A stretch of 55,988 bases of DNA from a virus (lineage: Duplodnaviria > Caudoviricetes). Within the stretch, counting starts at the first letter, position 1. Each line of letters begins with the position of its first letter. A model generated the notes under the pieces. The model was not told the origin of the DNA. It did not search any database and was given only the letters and a program-made list of their open reading frames with translations. This document shows positions 1 through 9,343 of the stretch, piece after piece. The stretch is from positions 1 to 55,988 of the IMG/VR virus record IMGVR_UViG_3300025141_000115; one strand, given 5' to 3'. The position numbers and the translations under genes are program-made.

Positions 1-1250
1 AAATTTTGGTAAGCATTAAAGTCTAAAGTAATACTTCCTGTGTTTGACGTATCAGTTAAAGTTGCTGGAATGGCCGCTTTCCCAAATGTTGTCATCTGGT
101 TCTCATCAACTGATATGGCGGGTGTAGTACCAACCGCTGAACCTAGTCCTATCACAAGGTCATCAGCACTATCATCAAGGCCAATATAATAGTCTTGAGC
201 ATTGCCGTTATAAACCAGCTTGGTATCTTCAGCCGTTCCATCACCTATGGTTACAGATGCCGCAGGAAGTACAACAGCTTGATTCTCGTCTATTGTAATT
301 GCTGGCGTTGTACCTACTGTTGAACCAAGGCCAATAACTAAATCGTCCGCGCTATCATCAAGTCCTATATAAAAATCTTGAGCGTTTCCATCAAAGACAA
401 GTTTAGTATCGGCAGCCGCACCATCACCAATCGTCACTGAATCATCGTCCAGAGTAAGGATTGAGTTCGTTCCAACTGTTGATCCCACACCGACAACTAG
501 CTTATCTGCGCTATCATCCAGACCCATGTAAAAATCTTTAGCATTACCATCATAAATTAATATGGTGTCTTCAGCCGTTCCATCACCAATTGTGGCTTTA
601 GCTGCCGGAAGAACCACCGCTTGGTTTTCATCAATACTAATGGCAGGGGTTGTTCCCACCGCTGAACCTAATCCTATGACAAGATCATCTGCGCTATCGT
701 CTAAGCCCATGTAGTAATCTTGGGCGTTACCGTCAAATACAATCTTGGTATCTTCAGCCGTTCCATCACCAATTATGATAGAATCAGAAACGTATAAATT
801 AGCTAAAGCATCGACTACAGCAGCACCACTACCCGCTCCATCGCAGTAAACCACAGCAGTTTTACCATTAGGAACGGTTATATTTGCCCCAGAACCCTGA
901 GAAAGAATAACGCTGTATGGACCACTTGAACCTGAATCCGTAGTTGCGTTTATAATTATGAAAAAGGCTGCCGTAGTATTTGGAGCTATTGTTACAGTAT
1001 TGTTTGCCCCTAAAGCACCTGTAAATTTAATTACACGATACATTCCATCCTGAAGGTTCTCCGTTCCTGATCCAGGAGAAGCCTCTCGAACTGTTAGTGT
1101 ATGAGTTGATCCAGAAAGACCTACCGCCTTGTATGCCGCGATACGATCAAGGATATCTAGATTGTGGTTTGTTGTCGTACCCCACGCACCAGACTGCTCT
1201 CCGGATCCTATTTTTTCTATTCCGTAACTTGTTGTATATGTAGATGCCAT
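1..1250 (-). CDS. Tail fibre/spike protein, 5' part (runs off window start; absent from ORF track)
   Basis: ATG at 1250, open to position 1: MASTYTTSYGIEKIGSGEQSGAWGTTTNHNLDILD... (typical podovirus fibre N-terminus) followed by four ~55-60 aa repeats IGDGTAEDTKIVFDGNAQDYYMGLDDSADDLVIGLGS. Confidence 0.85.
   Translation of the reverse strand, partial: MASTYTTSYGIEKIGSGEQSGAWGTTTNHNLDILDRIAAYKAVGLSGSTHTLTVREASPGSGTENLQDGMYRVIKFTGALGANNTVTIAPNTTAAFFIIINATTDSGSSGPYSVILSQGSGANITVPNGKTAVVYCDGAGSGAAVVDALANLYVSDSIIIGDGTAEDTKIVFDGNAQDYYMGLDDSADDLVIGLGSAVGTTPAISIDENQAVVLPAAKATIGDGTAEDTILIYDGNAKDFYMGLDDSADKLVVGVGSTVGTNSILTLDDDSVTIGDGAAADTKLVFDGNAQDFYIGLDDSADDLVIGLGSTVGTTPAITIDENQAVVLPAASVTIGDGTAEDTKLVYNGNAQDYYIGLDDSADDLVIGLGSAVGTTPAISVDENQMTTFGKAAIPATLTDTSNTGSITLDFNAYQN
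100..778 (-). repeat. Four tandem coding repeats (~160-180 bp) in tail fibre
   Basis: Recurrent tcttcagccgttccatcacc and gcgctatcatc blocks at ~170-250, ~350-430, ~510-590, ~690-770. Confidence 0.85.
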
Positions 1251-1262
1251 GACCTTATCCTA

Positions 1263-1652
1263 TTATGCCGCTATGTCTGTCCAATTTGGCGTTTGTGTTG
1301 TACTTACCTCACTCCAACTTGCCGATTGAGAGGGGTCTATAACAGACCATATCATCGGAGATCCAACAGAGGCTACTGCTGACACCCCCTCAACTCTTTG
1401 TATAATATCAACTTCAGCAGATCCAATCTGAGCTTCTGATGAGACACCAGAAGGCGTAAGTAAAGAATTTGTTACAAGAGTCGGTGACCCAACAGCCGTT
1501 GCCGATGAAACACCCGTAGCATTTGTAACAAATGCTATAGTTACGGAACCTATACTGGCCGAAGAAGATACGCCTGTGACTTCAACAGGAAGTGGGTAGC
1601 CCCATGTCCCCTGATTCCACGTTCCTCTATTCCAGCCAGTTATACTTGACAT
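1263..1652 (-). CDS. Virion structural protein (S/T/G-rich, Trp motifs)
   Basis: GWNRGTWNQGTWG and VTGVSS repeats; coupled in late operon. Confidence 0.7.
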   Translation of the reverse strand: MSSITGWNRGTWNQGTWGYPLPVEVTGVSSSASIGSVTIAFVTNATGVSSATAVGSPTLVTNSLLTPSGVSSEAQIGSAEVDIIQRVEGVSAVASVGSPMIWSVIDPSQSASWSEVSTTQTPNWTDIAA

Positions 1653-2161
1653 TATGCAATCCTAATTATTGCGCTATTTGCGTCATTGGTAGGCCATTGG
1701 ATTGTAAAGTCTCCTGCGCTTGAAGCCTTATCGCCACCAAAATTTATCACAGCTACCGAAGGGTCGGCTGCGTGATTCGTTGTAGACCCTGTTCCAGCCG
1801 TGCTTAATGTACTATTATATATCAAAGCACCCCTCGCACTACTTATAGTGGAACTAGACCAAGTTGTATCCGCTGCATCAACAAAGGCTGTTGGTACAGA
1901 ACTACTGTTGTCTCCTAAACCAATCGTCACGCTGGCAAAAGTTGTTCCTCCAGCAGTGTAGTTTGTTCCGCTAACTTCGTTGCTTGTTGTGTAACCCGTA
2001 GTATCAGCATCAATAGAAGAACTATTAGTAAACATAGCCACTTTAAAGGTATCTGCGCCAATTGCGCTTGATCCCGTTCTCGTATGCGCGGTCAAAAAAT
2101 GTATACCCGCTAGTATCTCTCTTTTAAATGTTCCACATATAGCGGATGTACCGATAGCCAT
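1652..2161 (-). CDS. Virion structural (tail-associated) protein
   Basis: TFKVAMFT..., SARGALIYN, NFGGDK...GDFTIQWP pattern common in marine phage tail modules. Confidence 0.7.
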   Translation of the reverse strand: MAIGTSAICGTFKREILAGIHFLTAHTRTGSSAIGADTFKVAMFTNSSSIDADTTGYTTSNEVSGTNYTAGGTTFASVTIGLGDNSSSVPTAFVDAADTTWSSSTISSARGALIYNSTLSTAGTGSTTNHAADPSVAVINFGGDKASSAGDFTIQWPTNDANSAIIRIA

Positions 2162-2162
2162 A

Positions 2163-2453
2163 TCAAAGTCTCCTTATTATCTCAGCTATATCATCATGAC
2201 CTTGCTGTTTCATCAAAGCCCAAATAGACGTTCTCTCACTGTTTGCCATACTTTTCATATAATATATTAGGATTTCTTTCAACTTATCTCTATGAGCCAT
2301 AGCTTGATCTCGTATGACAGGAGGAGCGTTTTCACTAACAGACATTATCTTATTCAACGCCATATCGGCTATTTGTTCCGGACTATGTCCACCGTCATGG
2401 GAAGTATAAACCATAACATTTCCAAGTTCAGAACCTCCACTTGCATCAAGCAT
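2163..2453 (-). CDS. Conserved phage hypothetical protein
   Basis: Coupled ORF in late operon, GHSPEQIA...APPVIRDQA. Confidence 0.65.
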   Translation of the reverse strand: MLDASGGSELGNVMVYTSHDGGHSPEQIADMALNKIMSVSENAPPVIRDQAMAHRDKLKEILIYYMKSMANSERTSIWALMKQQGHDDIAEIIRRL

Positions 2454-3109
2454 TACTCAACTTCTCTCCTAAGTCTATCATATCTATATTGATCTCGAGT
2501 ATCTCTACCTTCACCAAGATTCTTTAACCATTTAACAGCTTCTTGAAATCTACCATTGTAAATATTAAGTAATTGATCCTCGCCTTTCATAAAAGTATAT
2601 GCCTCAACTAAAGATCCGTACAGCATTGCTAATTCAGCATTAGTAGCCAGCCAAGTTGTGCCACCATCTGCCCCTGCCGTGAGCGAAGCGGGTCGATAGA
2701 TGTAGTGCAACTCCATAGTATAATTGGAGTCAGGAGTTGGCGCCATTATAAAGGAACTATCGTCCCAATCCGCATAATAAAGAGGAACGCCAGTTGAGGA
2801 AGGATTGGGCGTATAATCCTGAACAAAAGTAGTGTGTTTGTATAGTAGAAATTCATTTTTAGAACTGTTAACAACACTAAGAGACATCGGAGCTAAGAAG
2901 TCATTAGGTTTAGCTAAAAACTTGTTAGAAGAACTTGCCGTACCTGATTGATATTTACGGAAAACATCTAGCTGGACCTCTTTAAAGATACGTTCTTCCG
3001 CATTTATTATAAATCTAGATAGCTGGCTAACAAACGTACTTTCTGTATTCTGAGTGTAATCCTGTATTGCTGTCTTTAAAGTTGCAAATGTATACGCCAT
3101 ATTAAGCAC
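2453..3109 (-). CDS. Head-tail adaptor / tail tubular-like protein
   Basis: LKTAIQDY, FIINAEERI, APTPDSNY, LYGSLVEAYTFMKG pattern. Confidence 0.7.
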   Translation of the reverse strand: MLNMAYTFATLKTAIQDYTQNTESTFVSQLSRFIINAEERIFKEVQLDVFRKYQSGTASSSNKFLAKPNDFLAPMSLSVVNSSKNEFLLYKHTTFVQDYTPNPSSTGVPLYYADWDDSSFIMAPTPDSNYTMELHYIYRPASLTAGADGGTTWLATNAELAMLYGSLVEAYTFMKGEDQLLNIYNGRFQEAVKWLKNLGEGRDTRDQYRYDRLRREVE

Positions 3110-3635
3110 TCACCGTTACTGGACCGGCGGAAGCAAATGAACCGCCACCTTTTATACTTCCTATAGTAGCTGTTTCTGAAGAACCACTACTACTTACATT
3201 AAAACTATAACTATCGGATTGATTATCACCAGATCCTGCTATCTTAGTTATACTGTATCCTGTGCTGTATTCTATAGCAGATGATGTAAACCCGTCAAAA
3301 TTTGATACACTTCTAAATCGTACTATGTCTCCTGTATCTCTGGAGTGGCCTGGTTCCGTAACTGTAATAACCGCAGAACCGGAACTTCCTGACTTAAAAG
3401 CACCATCTTCCAATAATACTTCTACCGCAGGTTCCGTTCTATCAGGTCTTGGATTTCTTATAGCTTCAGGGTCTGCAACAGCACGCCTAGGATTCAACTG
3501 TGGCTGCTTGGTTTCAAACTCATCCCTTCCTACTATTGCTCCCGTCCATTCTTTAAGCATATCCCTAACTCTATACGCTCTTCCAGAACGATCAGATATG
3601 CCCATGGCATGTTTTCCTGATGCATACCTAGGCAT
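3102..3635 (-). CDS. Virion protein with C-terminal beta-rich module
   Basis: ISDRSG...KEWTG...PQL...RPD N-terminus; ITVTEPGH..TGDIVRF module also seen in the 50396-52681 protein. Confidence 0.65.
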   Translation of the reverse strand: MPRYASGKHAMGISDRSGRAYRVRDMLKEWTGAIVGRDEFETKQPQLNPRRAVADPEAIRNPRPDRTEPAVEVLLEDGAFKSGSSGSAVITVTEPGHSRDTGDIVRFRSVSNFDGFTSSAIEYSTGYSITKIAGSGDNQSDSYSFNVSSSGSSETATIGSIKGGGSFASAGPVTVSA

Positions 3636-4537
3636 TACGTCACACTCAACGTAGCATAAGTTGGAACAAGGCGGAGGGCTGTCCTTTCGCCATCTTCAGC
3701 CGCCGCTCGAGCAAATTCTTCTTCATAAATATCCTTTAATACCCCTATTCTTTGAGGGGATTTTTTAACAGATATGTAATAAGCAAGACCAGCCGTTAAA
3801 CAAGGGAGAAATCTAAAGGGGACATCGGCAGTATTAATACCGTCATCAGCATCATCCATCCTTTTAACTCTATAATACACTAATTGATCCGTAGAATTTT
3901 CGGGAGTATTCCATAAGGTTATGGTTGGAGTTATCTGTCTATCCACATAAAACTGAGAAGCTCTGCCTTGAGAAGTCTTATCGGGAAGACCTAAGTAATC
4001 TGACCTCCCTATTCTTGTTAGGCTTATATCAGTACCACTTCTTCTAGAAACAACCTCTAAGACATCTACTGTTGATTGAACATCAGTAAGACTAGGGTTT
4101 GAGGACACAGTTGTTGTAGCACTGCTCGATGAACCAGTAATTGTTTCAGATGCTGTAAAGTCACCTGTAGGAACCGTTATAGTCATAGTGGTTGACGTTG
4201 GTTTAGTAATTATGCTGGCTGTAACGCCACTGGTCCCCCCAGTAATTGTTTCGCCTACAGAAAAACTACCTGAAGCACCAACCGTTAATGTAATAGTTCC
4301 AATGGGATAGGTAGCAACAGAAGAAGATGAAGATAACTGTGCTAACGTTTGAGTTACTTGCTCTACTGTCCAAAGATTTAAGCCTCTATTTGCCCATTCA
4401 GCAAACAGTATATTCAAAGACCTTCTAGCTGTGGCGGCATCATAACCTGTACGAAGTTCTAGACCACATCTTTCAAAGGCTTCTTCTGTAATCTCAGCCA
4501 TGTTCAAATTAAAATCAGTCGATCCAGAAGTTGCCAT
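3635..4537 (-). CDS. Head-tail adaptor (tail tubular A / P22 gp4-like) with internal S/T-rich insertion
   Basis: EEAFERCG...ARRSLNILFAEWANRGLNLWT; VPFRFLPCLTAGLAYY; duplicated FSVGETITG/FTASETITG insert. Confidence 0.7.
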   Translation of the reverse strand: MATSGSTDFNLNMAEITEEAFERCGLELRTGYDAATARRSLNILFAEWANRGLNLWTVEQVTQTLAQLSSSSSVATYPIGTITLTVGASGSFSVGETITGGTSGVTASIITKPTSTTMTITVPTGDFTASETITGSSSSATTTVSSNPSLTDVQSTVDVLEVVSRRSGTDISLTRIGRSDYLGLPDKTSQGRASQFYVDRQITPTITLWNTPENSTDQLVYYRVKRMDDADDGINTADVPFRFLPCLTAGLAYYISVKKSPQRIGVLKDIYEEEFARAAAEDGERTALRLVPTYATLSVT

Positions 4538-4559
4538 TTTAATCTCCTAAAGGATTATA

Positions 4560-4799
4560 TCACCCTTTCATTAAAGAATCTATTTTGTTTTCTAACCGAT
4601 CAAACCGATCATGAAGCCTAGATAAATCTTCAGCGAGATCATATTTTGAAACGTATTCTTTAGCAACTTCTTCCCTAGTCTTGTTTAGAAGAATATCTAG
4701 ACGTTGAACCGTAGCGTGATGACTTTTAAGAAAAAATAAAGAAATGGCCCCAGCCAATGTAAGAACACCGTTCCACAAATATGAGGTCATCTCATCCAT
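4560..4799 (-). CDS. Small membrane-anchored coiled-coil protein
   Basis: N-terminal hydrophobic segment, C-terminal DRLENKID. Confidence 0.65.
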   Translation of the reverse strand: MDEMTSYLWNGVLTLAGAISLFFLKSHHATVQRLDILLNKTREEVAKEYVSKYDLAEDLSRLHDRFDRLENKIDSLMKG

Positions 4800-4800
4800 C

Positions 4801-5205
4801 TCAGTACGATTTAATCACTTCTACAACAATACTATAGCTATCACCTGAACTGTGACCTGCCGTAGTCAGTAGAATATCACCTGTCACACCACTTCCCGCA
4901 TAGTTTGGAAGACCCGCAACTTGTCCGGATAAGTCTATCGTATCCGTATAGTCAGCGGGTAGCCCTATTGCTACAACATTCGTTGTCGCATCATATAAGA
5001 GAGTTGCCGACATGCCTACTGTGGAAAAAGTAATCTTACTTATGCTAATAGATGATACTGCGTCACCTTGAGCGTTGTTAGAGAGAGTAGACATATCTAT
5101 CTTCTTAACTGCCGACTCTCCCGTTCCATCGCTAAGATTGGTTAAATAGAAAACCGCTTTTCTATCGCCATCTTGTAGCTTTGTTGCACTAACCGCATCT
5201 GCCAT
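4801..5205 (-). CDS. Virion structural protein
   Basis: SDGTGES...TGDILLTT pattern; late operon; SD aaggag. Confidence 0.65.
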   Translation of the reverse strand: MADAVSATKLQDGDRKAVFYLTNLSDGTGESAVKKIDMSTLSNNAQGDAVSSISISKITFSTVGMSATLLYDATTNVVAIGLPADYTDTIDLSGQVAGLPNYAGSGVTGDILLTTAGHSSGDSYSIVVEVIKSY

Positions 5206-5233
5206 AACTTACTCCTTAGTTACCTTCAATTAA

Positions 5234-5782
5234 TTAAGCTACTTGTACATACTCAATTATAAAGGTAAAAGAGCCAGCCGTAGTAGCATCTACAGTATTA
5301 GTAATATTACAGTAGATAGTACGCTCTGCTGATGTATATTGTACAGAAGCTGGGGCTGTAGTAGTGTCTTGCGTTTGAAGAACAAGAGATGTTGTTGTAA
5401 CGTTTCCGACAACAACAGTTGTACCCGCATCCAATATTTCATCTGTCTGAGCGGCAACAATCTGAGCACCTGAACTAGATGTACCAACCTCGTAGCCAAT
5501 ATCACCAGAACCAATAACAGGTGATGTAACACAAAAGATTTTAATGTCTGTGATAATTGTATTGGCTGGCTGAGTAAACTCACCAATCGCAGGGCTGTCT
5601 CCAGCGGTGGTGTTAACCGTAACACCTGTGGCAAAACCTACGTGCTTAACGTATTTATCTGTAACAATACCTGTAGCGGCAATGTCACAAGTTGTTGTCT
5701 CAGCACCAGTTGTAGAATTAACATTAATTACTTCAAAACCGTTTTCGGAACGGACGGGACCGTTAAAAGTTGTATTACCCAT
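5234..5782 (-). CDS. Capsid decoration/spike-like protein
   Basis: MGNTTFNGPVRSENGF N-terminus, directly downstream of MCP; beta-rich. Confidence 0.65.
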   Translation of the reverse strand: MGNTTFNGPVRSENGFEVINVNSTTGAETTTCDIAATGIVTDKYVKHVGFATGVTVNTTAGDSPAIGEFTQPANTIITDIKIFCVTSPVIGSGDIGYEVGTSSSGAQIVAAQTDEILDAGTTVVVGNVTTTSLVLQTQDTTTAPASVQYTSAERTIYCNITNTVDATTAGSFTFIIEYVQVA

Positions 5783-5862
5783 AGTACCCTCCTTACAAAG
5801 GTTTAGCCCTAGAGTCTTGTAAGCGTCTGCTGGGTCAGTCGCTAGGGCTTAGATATCCCAGA
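5783..5862 (-). ncRNA. Structured cis-RNA downstream of MCP, probable Mu-gpT-DE motif
   Basis: Stem agccctag/ctagggct (5805-5812, 5842-5849); extra pairings cttacaa/ttgtaag (5792-5798, 5817-5823, overlapping SD) and ctggg/cccag; position matches the described Mu-gpT downstream element. Confidence 0.6.
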
Positions 5863-5865
5863 AAA

Positions 5866-5894
5866 TCGGGGGGAAAAACTCCCCCCTTTTTTTC
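5866..5894 (-). terminator. Rho-independent terminator after MCP
   Basis: gggggg-aaaaact-cccccc hairpin flanked by A/T tracts. Confidence 0.7.
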
Positions 5895-5895
5895 A

Positions 5896-6804
5896 CTATG
5901 CTCCAGGTGAGCCAAATACACAACGTGGGTCAGAGTAACCGAAGCTATAACGCTCACGGGCTTTGTACCGCACATTACCTGTATCAAAATCACCTTCCAT
6001 CTTAGTGGACATAGGCATACGCTCGAAGTGAACGAAACCTCTTGGTGCATCCGTCTTAATAAAGAATGCATCTGAGTCCGTAAGATAGTGGTTAACAACA
6101 TAGCCTTGCGGAAGCATACCCATGTTCCGTGTAGCGTTAATGTCGTTATCCGCAGTACCGGGACGAAGCGTAGTTTCAAGAAGACGATCCGCAACAAATT
6201 GTAATGCTGGCGGAACAATCAACTTCATACCACGTACCGATACTTTAAGACCACGCTCATCAACAAATGCAGCGACATCAATCAAAGCATTTTCCAGACT
6301 TGTTTCGTTCAAGTCGGCTGCAGTAGACGGCTCGTTACGAAGGTCATTGTTGTTAACAAGTGGGTGATCTGTAGCACACAACTCTTTACCATCTCCACCT
6401 GTATAAGTGGAATCAAAAGCGTTGTTAAGCACGGAAGCTGCTTTCACCTGTTTGGTGTTAGCCATGCTACGTGCCAAAGCTTTTGTGTAACGAGAAGCAA
6501 GACGATCATAAAGATTATCTTCAATCGCTTCCTCAGTAATAGAGAAAGCAAGAGCGATAGTCTCATGAGTGTATCTTGCAGTGTATGCTTCTTGGGCATC
6601 ATCAAAACTAACTGCTGAACCCTCTGATTTAACGGGTGCTGACCCAAAACCAGAAAGCATTACTTCTTCCTCGAAAGCCCTTTCCGAAGATTCCGTATCA
6701 AAAATTTCAGCAGCTTCATTATCATACCTAGCGTACTCTAACCCAAATAAGGCATTGAGGCCAGGCTCTAGCTCTTTAGCTAGTTGTGCTCTACTTATAG
6801 CCAT
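5896..6804 (-). CDS. Major capsid protein (Mu gpT-like, HK97 fold)
   Basis: MAISRAQLAKELEPGLNALFGLEY; KLIVPPAL; GDFDTGNVRYKARERYSFGYSDPR. Confidence 0.92.
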   Translation of the reverse strand: MAISRAQLAKELEPGLNALFGLEYARYDNEAAEIFDTESSERAFEEEVMLSGFGSAPVKSEGSAVSFDDAQEAYTARYTHETIALAFSITEEAIEDNLYDRLASRYTKALARSMANTKQVKAASVLNNAFDSTYTGGDGKELCATDHPLVNNNDLRNEPSTAADLNETSLENALIDVAAFVDERGLKVSVRGMKLIVPPALQFVADRLLETTLRPGTADNDINATRNMGMLPQGYVVNHYLTDSDAFFIKTDAPRGFVHFERMPMSTKMEGDFDTGNVRYKARERYSFGYSDPRCVFGSPGA

Positions 6805-6816
6805 TTCTCAATTCTC

Positions 6817-7461
6817 CTATACGCCAGTGGTTGAAGGTGTACCAGATGCAATGGACCCAACAGGTGCATTGAACGGGTTGTTCAACCTTACGATTGCGCC
6901 GATTCCGGCAGATGCAAAATCTTCGTTCTCAGGATCTTCAACCCATCCTAAGACACGTAGTCCCAAGCTGTTGGTTGTAGCAAGAGTACTGATAGCCAAA
7001 CGACCTAGTGAAACACCAGTAGCATCTGTACCCGTTATACCTGTAGAAAGATTTCCGTTTAGAAAGACACTTGCGCGAGCAGTTGCCTTACTTGTCCACG
7101 AAGCATCCGTAGCAATTACATATAGCTGATTAGGATCATCTACAATAAATGCTTTAACTGGATGATTACTATCTGCACCTGATCCAGGCCAGTAGTTACT
7201 CCATGTTGTTTTTCCAGTGACGCTAGAAACATACTCACATCCTTGAAATACGCCTAGATGACTGACAGTTCCACCAGCAGCGTTAGCTGTATGGTCGATA
7301 TATCCAGAAGCAAGAGGGATAACCAATTGTCCGTGATAGATCTTGTCACTGTTGTCGGAAGCGATTTCATAAGGAGTATATCCCGTAAGGCCAGTGGAAT
7401 TGGCTCCTCCACCTAATTTACTTAGGGGGCGAAGACCAAAACTTCCATTTGAATTAGCCAT
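6817..7461 (-). CDS. Capsid-associated (cement/minor head) protein
   Basis: FGLRP...GVFQGCEY...VDDPN; immediately upstream of MCP. Confidence 0.7.
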   Translation of the reverse strand: MANSNGSFGLRPLSKLGGGANSTGLTGYTPYEIASDNSDKIYHGQLVIPLASGYIDHTANAAGGTVSHLGVFQGCEYVSSVTGKTTWSNYWPGSGADSNHPVKAFIVDDPNQLYVIATDASWTSKATARASVFLNGNLSTGITGTDATGVSLGRLAISTLATTNSLGLRVLGWVEDPENEDFASAGIGAIVRLNNPFNAPVGSIASGTPSTTGV

Positions 7462-7472
7462 TTAGTTTTCTC

Positions 7473-7958
7473 CTAGTCCTCTTTTTGAGGACCTCCAAAA
7501 GTTACACTTGAACTCCTATCAGGTTTACTGATAGGCATTGCCGGATGTTGTTCTCGAGCTAACTCGTTATCAACAGCCGTCATCTGATCCCGCGCCATAT
7601 TGCGGAAATAATCTTGCCGTTGCGAAACCGTTTCAAGAGGAACCCTTGCTAGAAGAAGACCGCCTACTCCAATAACTCCTGCATGTTTACCGTCTTCAAC
7701 GGTAGGAATATCAAAGTCAGGAAACTCTTCTCCACGGACCAGTTCATAACCCTCACGGGATCTGGCTGATACGTTTTTTCTATCATCGAAGCCCATAACA
7801 CTTTCCCTGATCCATCGGTGTTTATAACCTTCCGGTGCAGGGGGCGCATCCAACATGGATGGGGGCCTCCACGGTTCCTTGCGTGCTTCTTTAACACGGG
7901 TTTCATTGCCACGGGGCGTCCTTGGTGACTTTTGGCGAGTTGTGTTCTCTTCGTTCAT
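7473..7958 (-). CDS. Conserved head-module hypothetical protein
   Basis: WRPPSMLDAP..PEGYKHRWIR; IGVGGLLLAR. Confidence 0.7.
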   Translation of the reverse strand: MNEENTTRQKSPRTPRGNETRVKEARKEPWRPPSMLDAPPAPEGYKHRWIRESVMGFDDRKNVSARSREGYELVRGEEFPDFDIPTVEDGKHAGVIGVGGLLLARVPLETVSQRQDYFRNMARDQMTAVDNELAREQHPAMPISKPDRSSSVTFGGPQKED

Positions 7959-7967
7959 GATTAACTC

Positions 7968-8861
7968 CTATTTTACGTATTTAGCGTATTCTTCAAGTGG
8001 TACATTTAGCTTCTTCGCAATAGCAACTTGAGAGGATGTTAATCGCACAGTTTTACGTCCACCTCTATTGCGGGATGCGGAAGTTTCGGCTGACGCAACC
8101 TTTTTACTTCCACCCGTTTTCGGCTTATTCCCAAATTTATGAGGAAATTCAGTTATAAGCCTCTTATCAAGCTCAGAATAATACTCATCTGACTGTGGGT
8201 CAAACTGTTCATCCTCAACTAAACGTCTATGAATGCCAAAAGCGGCATATGTCATAACTTCATCAGTGCCAAACCACTCATTTTTAGACGCCCAATCCTC
8301 TGCCTTGGGGTCTGGTTGGGCAACAGGCTGTTGTTGTAGCTGTTGTTGTGGCTGCACCGCAGGTAGGGCTGTTTCTTCTTTTTCATCCTCAGAAACCTTT
8401 TTAAGCTTACCTTTCTCAACAGCAAGTTGAGATAAAGCCTCTTGAACCTCAACTATTTTGTCGATGTCTCCGGTCTCATGGGCTTCTTTAAGTAATTGCT
8501 TTGCAGCTTGTATTTGCGTAGTGACGCGAGTGTCAAATTCCTCTTGAAACCCTTTATCTAAGCTTTCCAAGCGTACCTTGAGCTTCTCGTTCTCGTCCCT
8601 AACGTTTTCAGCATATTGAACAGCCGACTGTTTCTGTCGCTCTTCCTCTCGAAATCGTTTAGTAAGCTTATCAATTCTGGTTTTTACCCCTGAACTGTAC
8701 TCTTCAAGCTCTTCTTCAGAAGCGGGTTCCTCTTCTTGCACAACTTCAGGAGCGGGTTCCTCTTTTACCTCCTCTTTTTTCGGTTTCTCCGAAATATCAA
8801 TGTCTACAGCAGATTCTTCCGAATCTCCTATATCTACTTTTTTTTCTTCAAGGTCTTCCAT
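7968..8861 (-). CDS. Putative scaffolding protein
   Basis: Acidic coiled coil, PDPKAEDWASKNEWFG, C-terminal VRLTSSQVAIAKKLNVPLEEYAKY; upstream of MCP. Confidence 0.75.
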   Translation of the reverse strand: MEDLEEKKVDIGDSEESAVDIDISEKPKKEEVKEEPAPEVVQEEEPASEEELEEYSSGVKTRIDKLTKRFREEERQKQSAVQYAENVRDENEKLKVRLESLDKGFQEEFDTRVTTQIQAAKQLLKEAHETGDIDKIVEVQEALSQLAVEKGKLKKVSEDEKEETALPAVQPQQQLQQQPVAQPDPKAEDWASKNEWFGTDEVMTYAAFGIHRRLVEDEQFDPQSDEYYSELDKRLITEFPHKFGNKPKTGGSKKVASAETSASRNRGGRKTVRLTSSQVAIAKKLNVPLEEYAKYVK

Positions 8862-8884
8862 AGCGTGATCTCCACGATTTATTT

Positions 8885-9343
8885 CTAGACATGCTTAATG
8901 TCATCAGGTTCCAAAATAGTAGCTATAACTTCGTCATCATTAATGATGCGAACTTCGCCACCGTCAATCTTAAAACGAGCACCAGCATATCGGCCAATGC
9001 ATATCCAATCGCCTTCCTTGCACCATGAAGCACCTTCTTCCCCAAACTTATGGGGATCTTGGTACGCCAAAGGCCCAACCTTCAAAACATAAGCTACAAC
9101 GGTAGCTAACGCTTCACGGTCACGAACTTGATCAGGAATTAAAACACCACCGTCACTGGTTGCTTTACCCGCATATGGCATAACTAAAATACGCCATCCA
9201 GTGGGTTGAGGTAGTCTTTCACTTAGGGATACATCTAACAAAGAAGGATCGAGAACTCTTTCATCTTTCTTAACGTAGGCACTTTTCTTTTTCTCTTTCT
9301 CTTTCTCAGCTACATGATCAGGTACATATAGAGTTTTTGTCAT
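8885..9343 (-). CDS. groES: Co-chaperonin GroES-like protein
   Basis: PQPTGWRILV, GGVLIP, VGPLAY, RYAG, RIINDDEVIA. Confidence 0.85.
   Translation of the reverse strand: MTKTLYVPDHVAEKEKEKKKSAYVKKDERVLDPSLLDVSLSERLPQPTGWRILVMPYAGKATSDGGVLIPDQVRDREALATVVAYVLKVGPLAYQDPHKFGEEGASWCKEGDWICIGRYAGARFKIDGGEVRIINDDEVIATILEPDDIKHV

Noticed and set aside
5835-6218. Alternative-frame ORF over the MCP 3' end (frameshift extension)
   Set aside because: No clear slippery site; runs through terminator; no recognisable domain
8325-8358. CAA/CAG microsatellite
   Set aside because: Ordinary Gln-rich linker of scaffold protein
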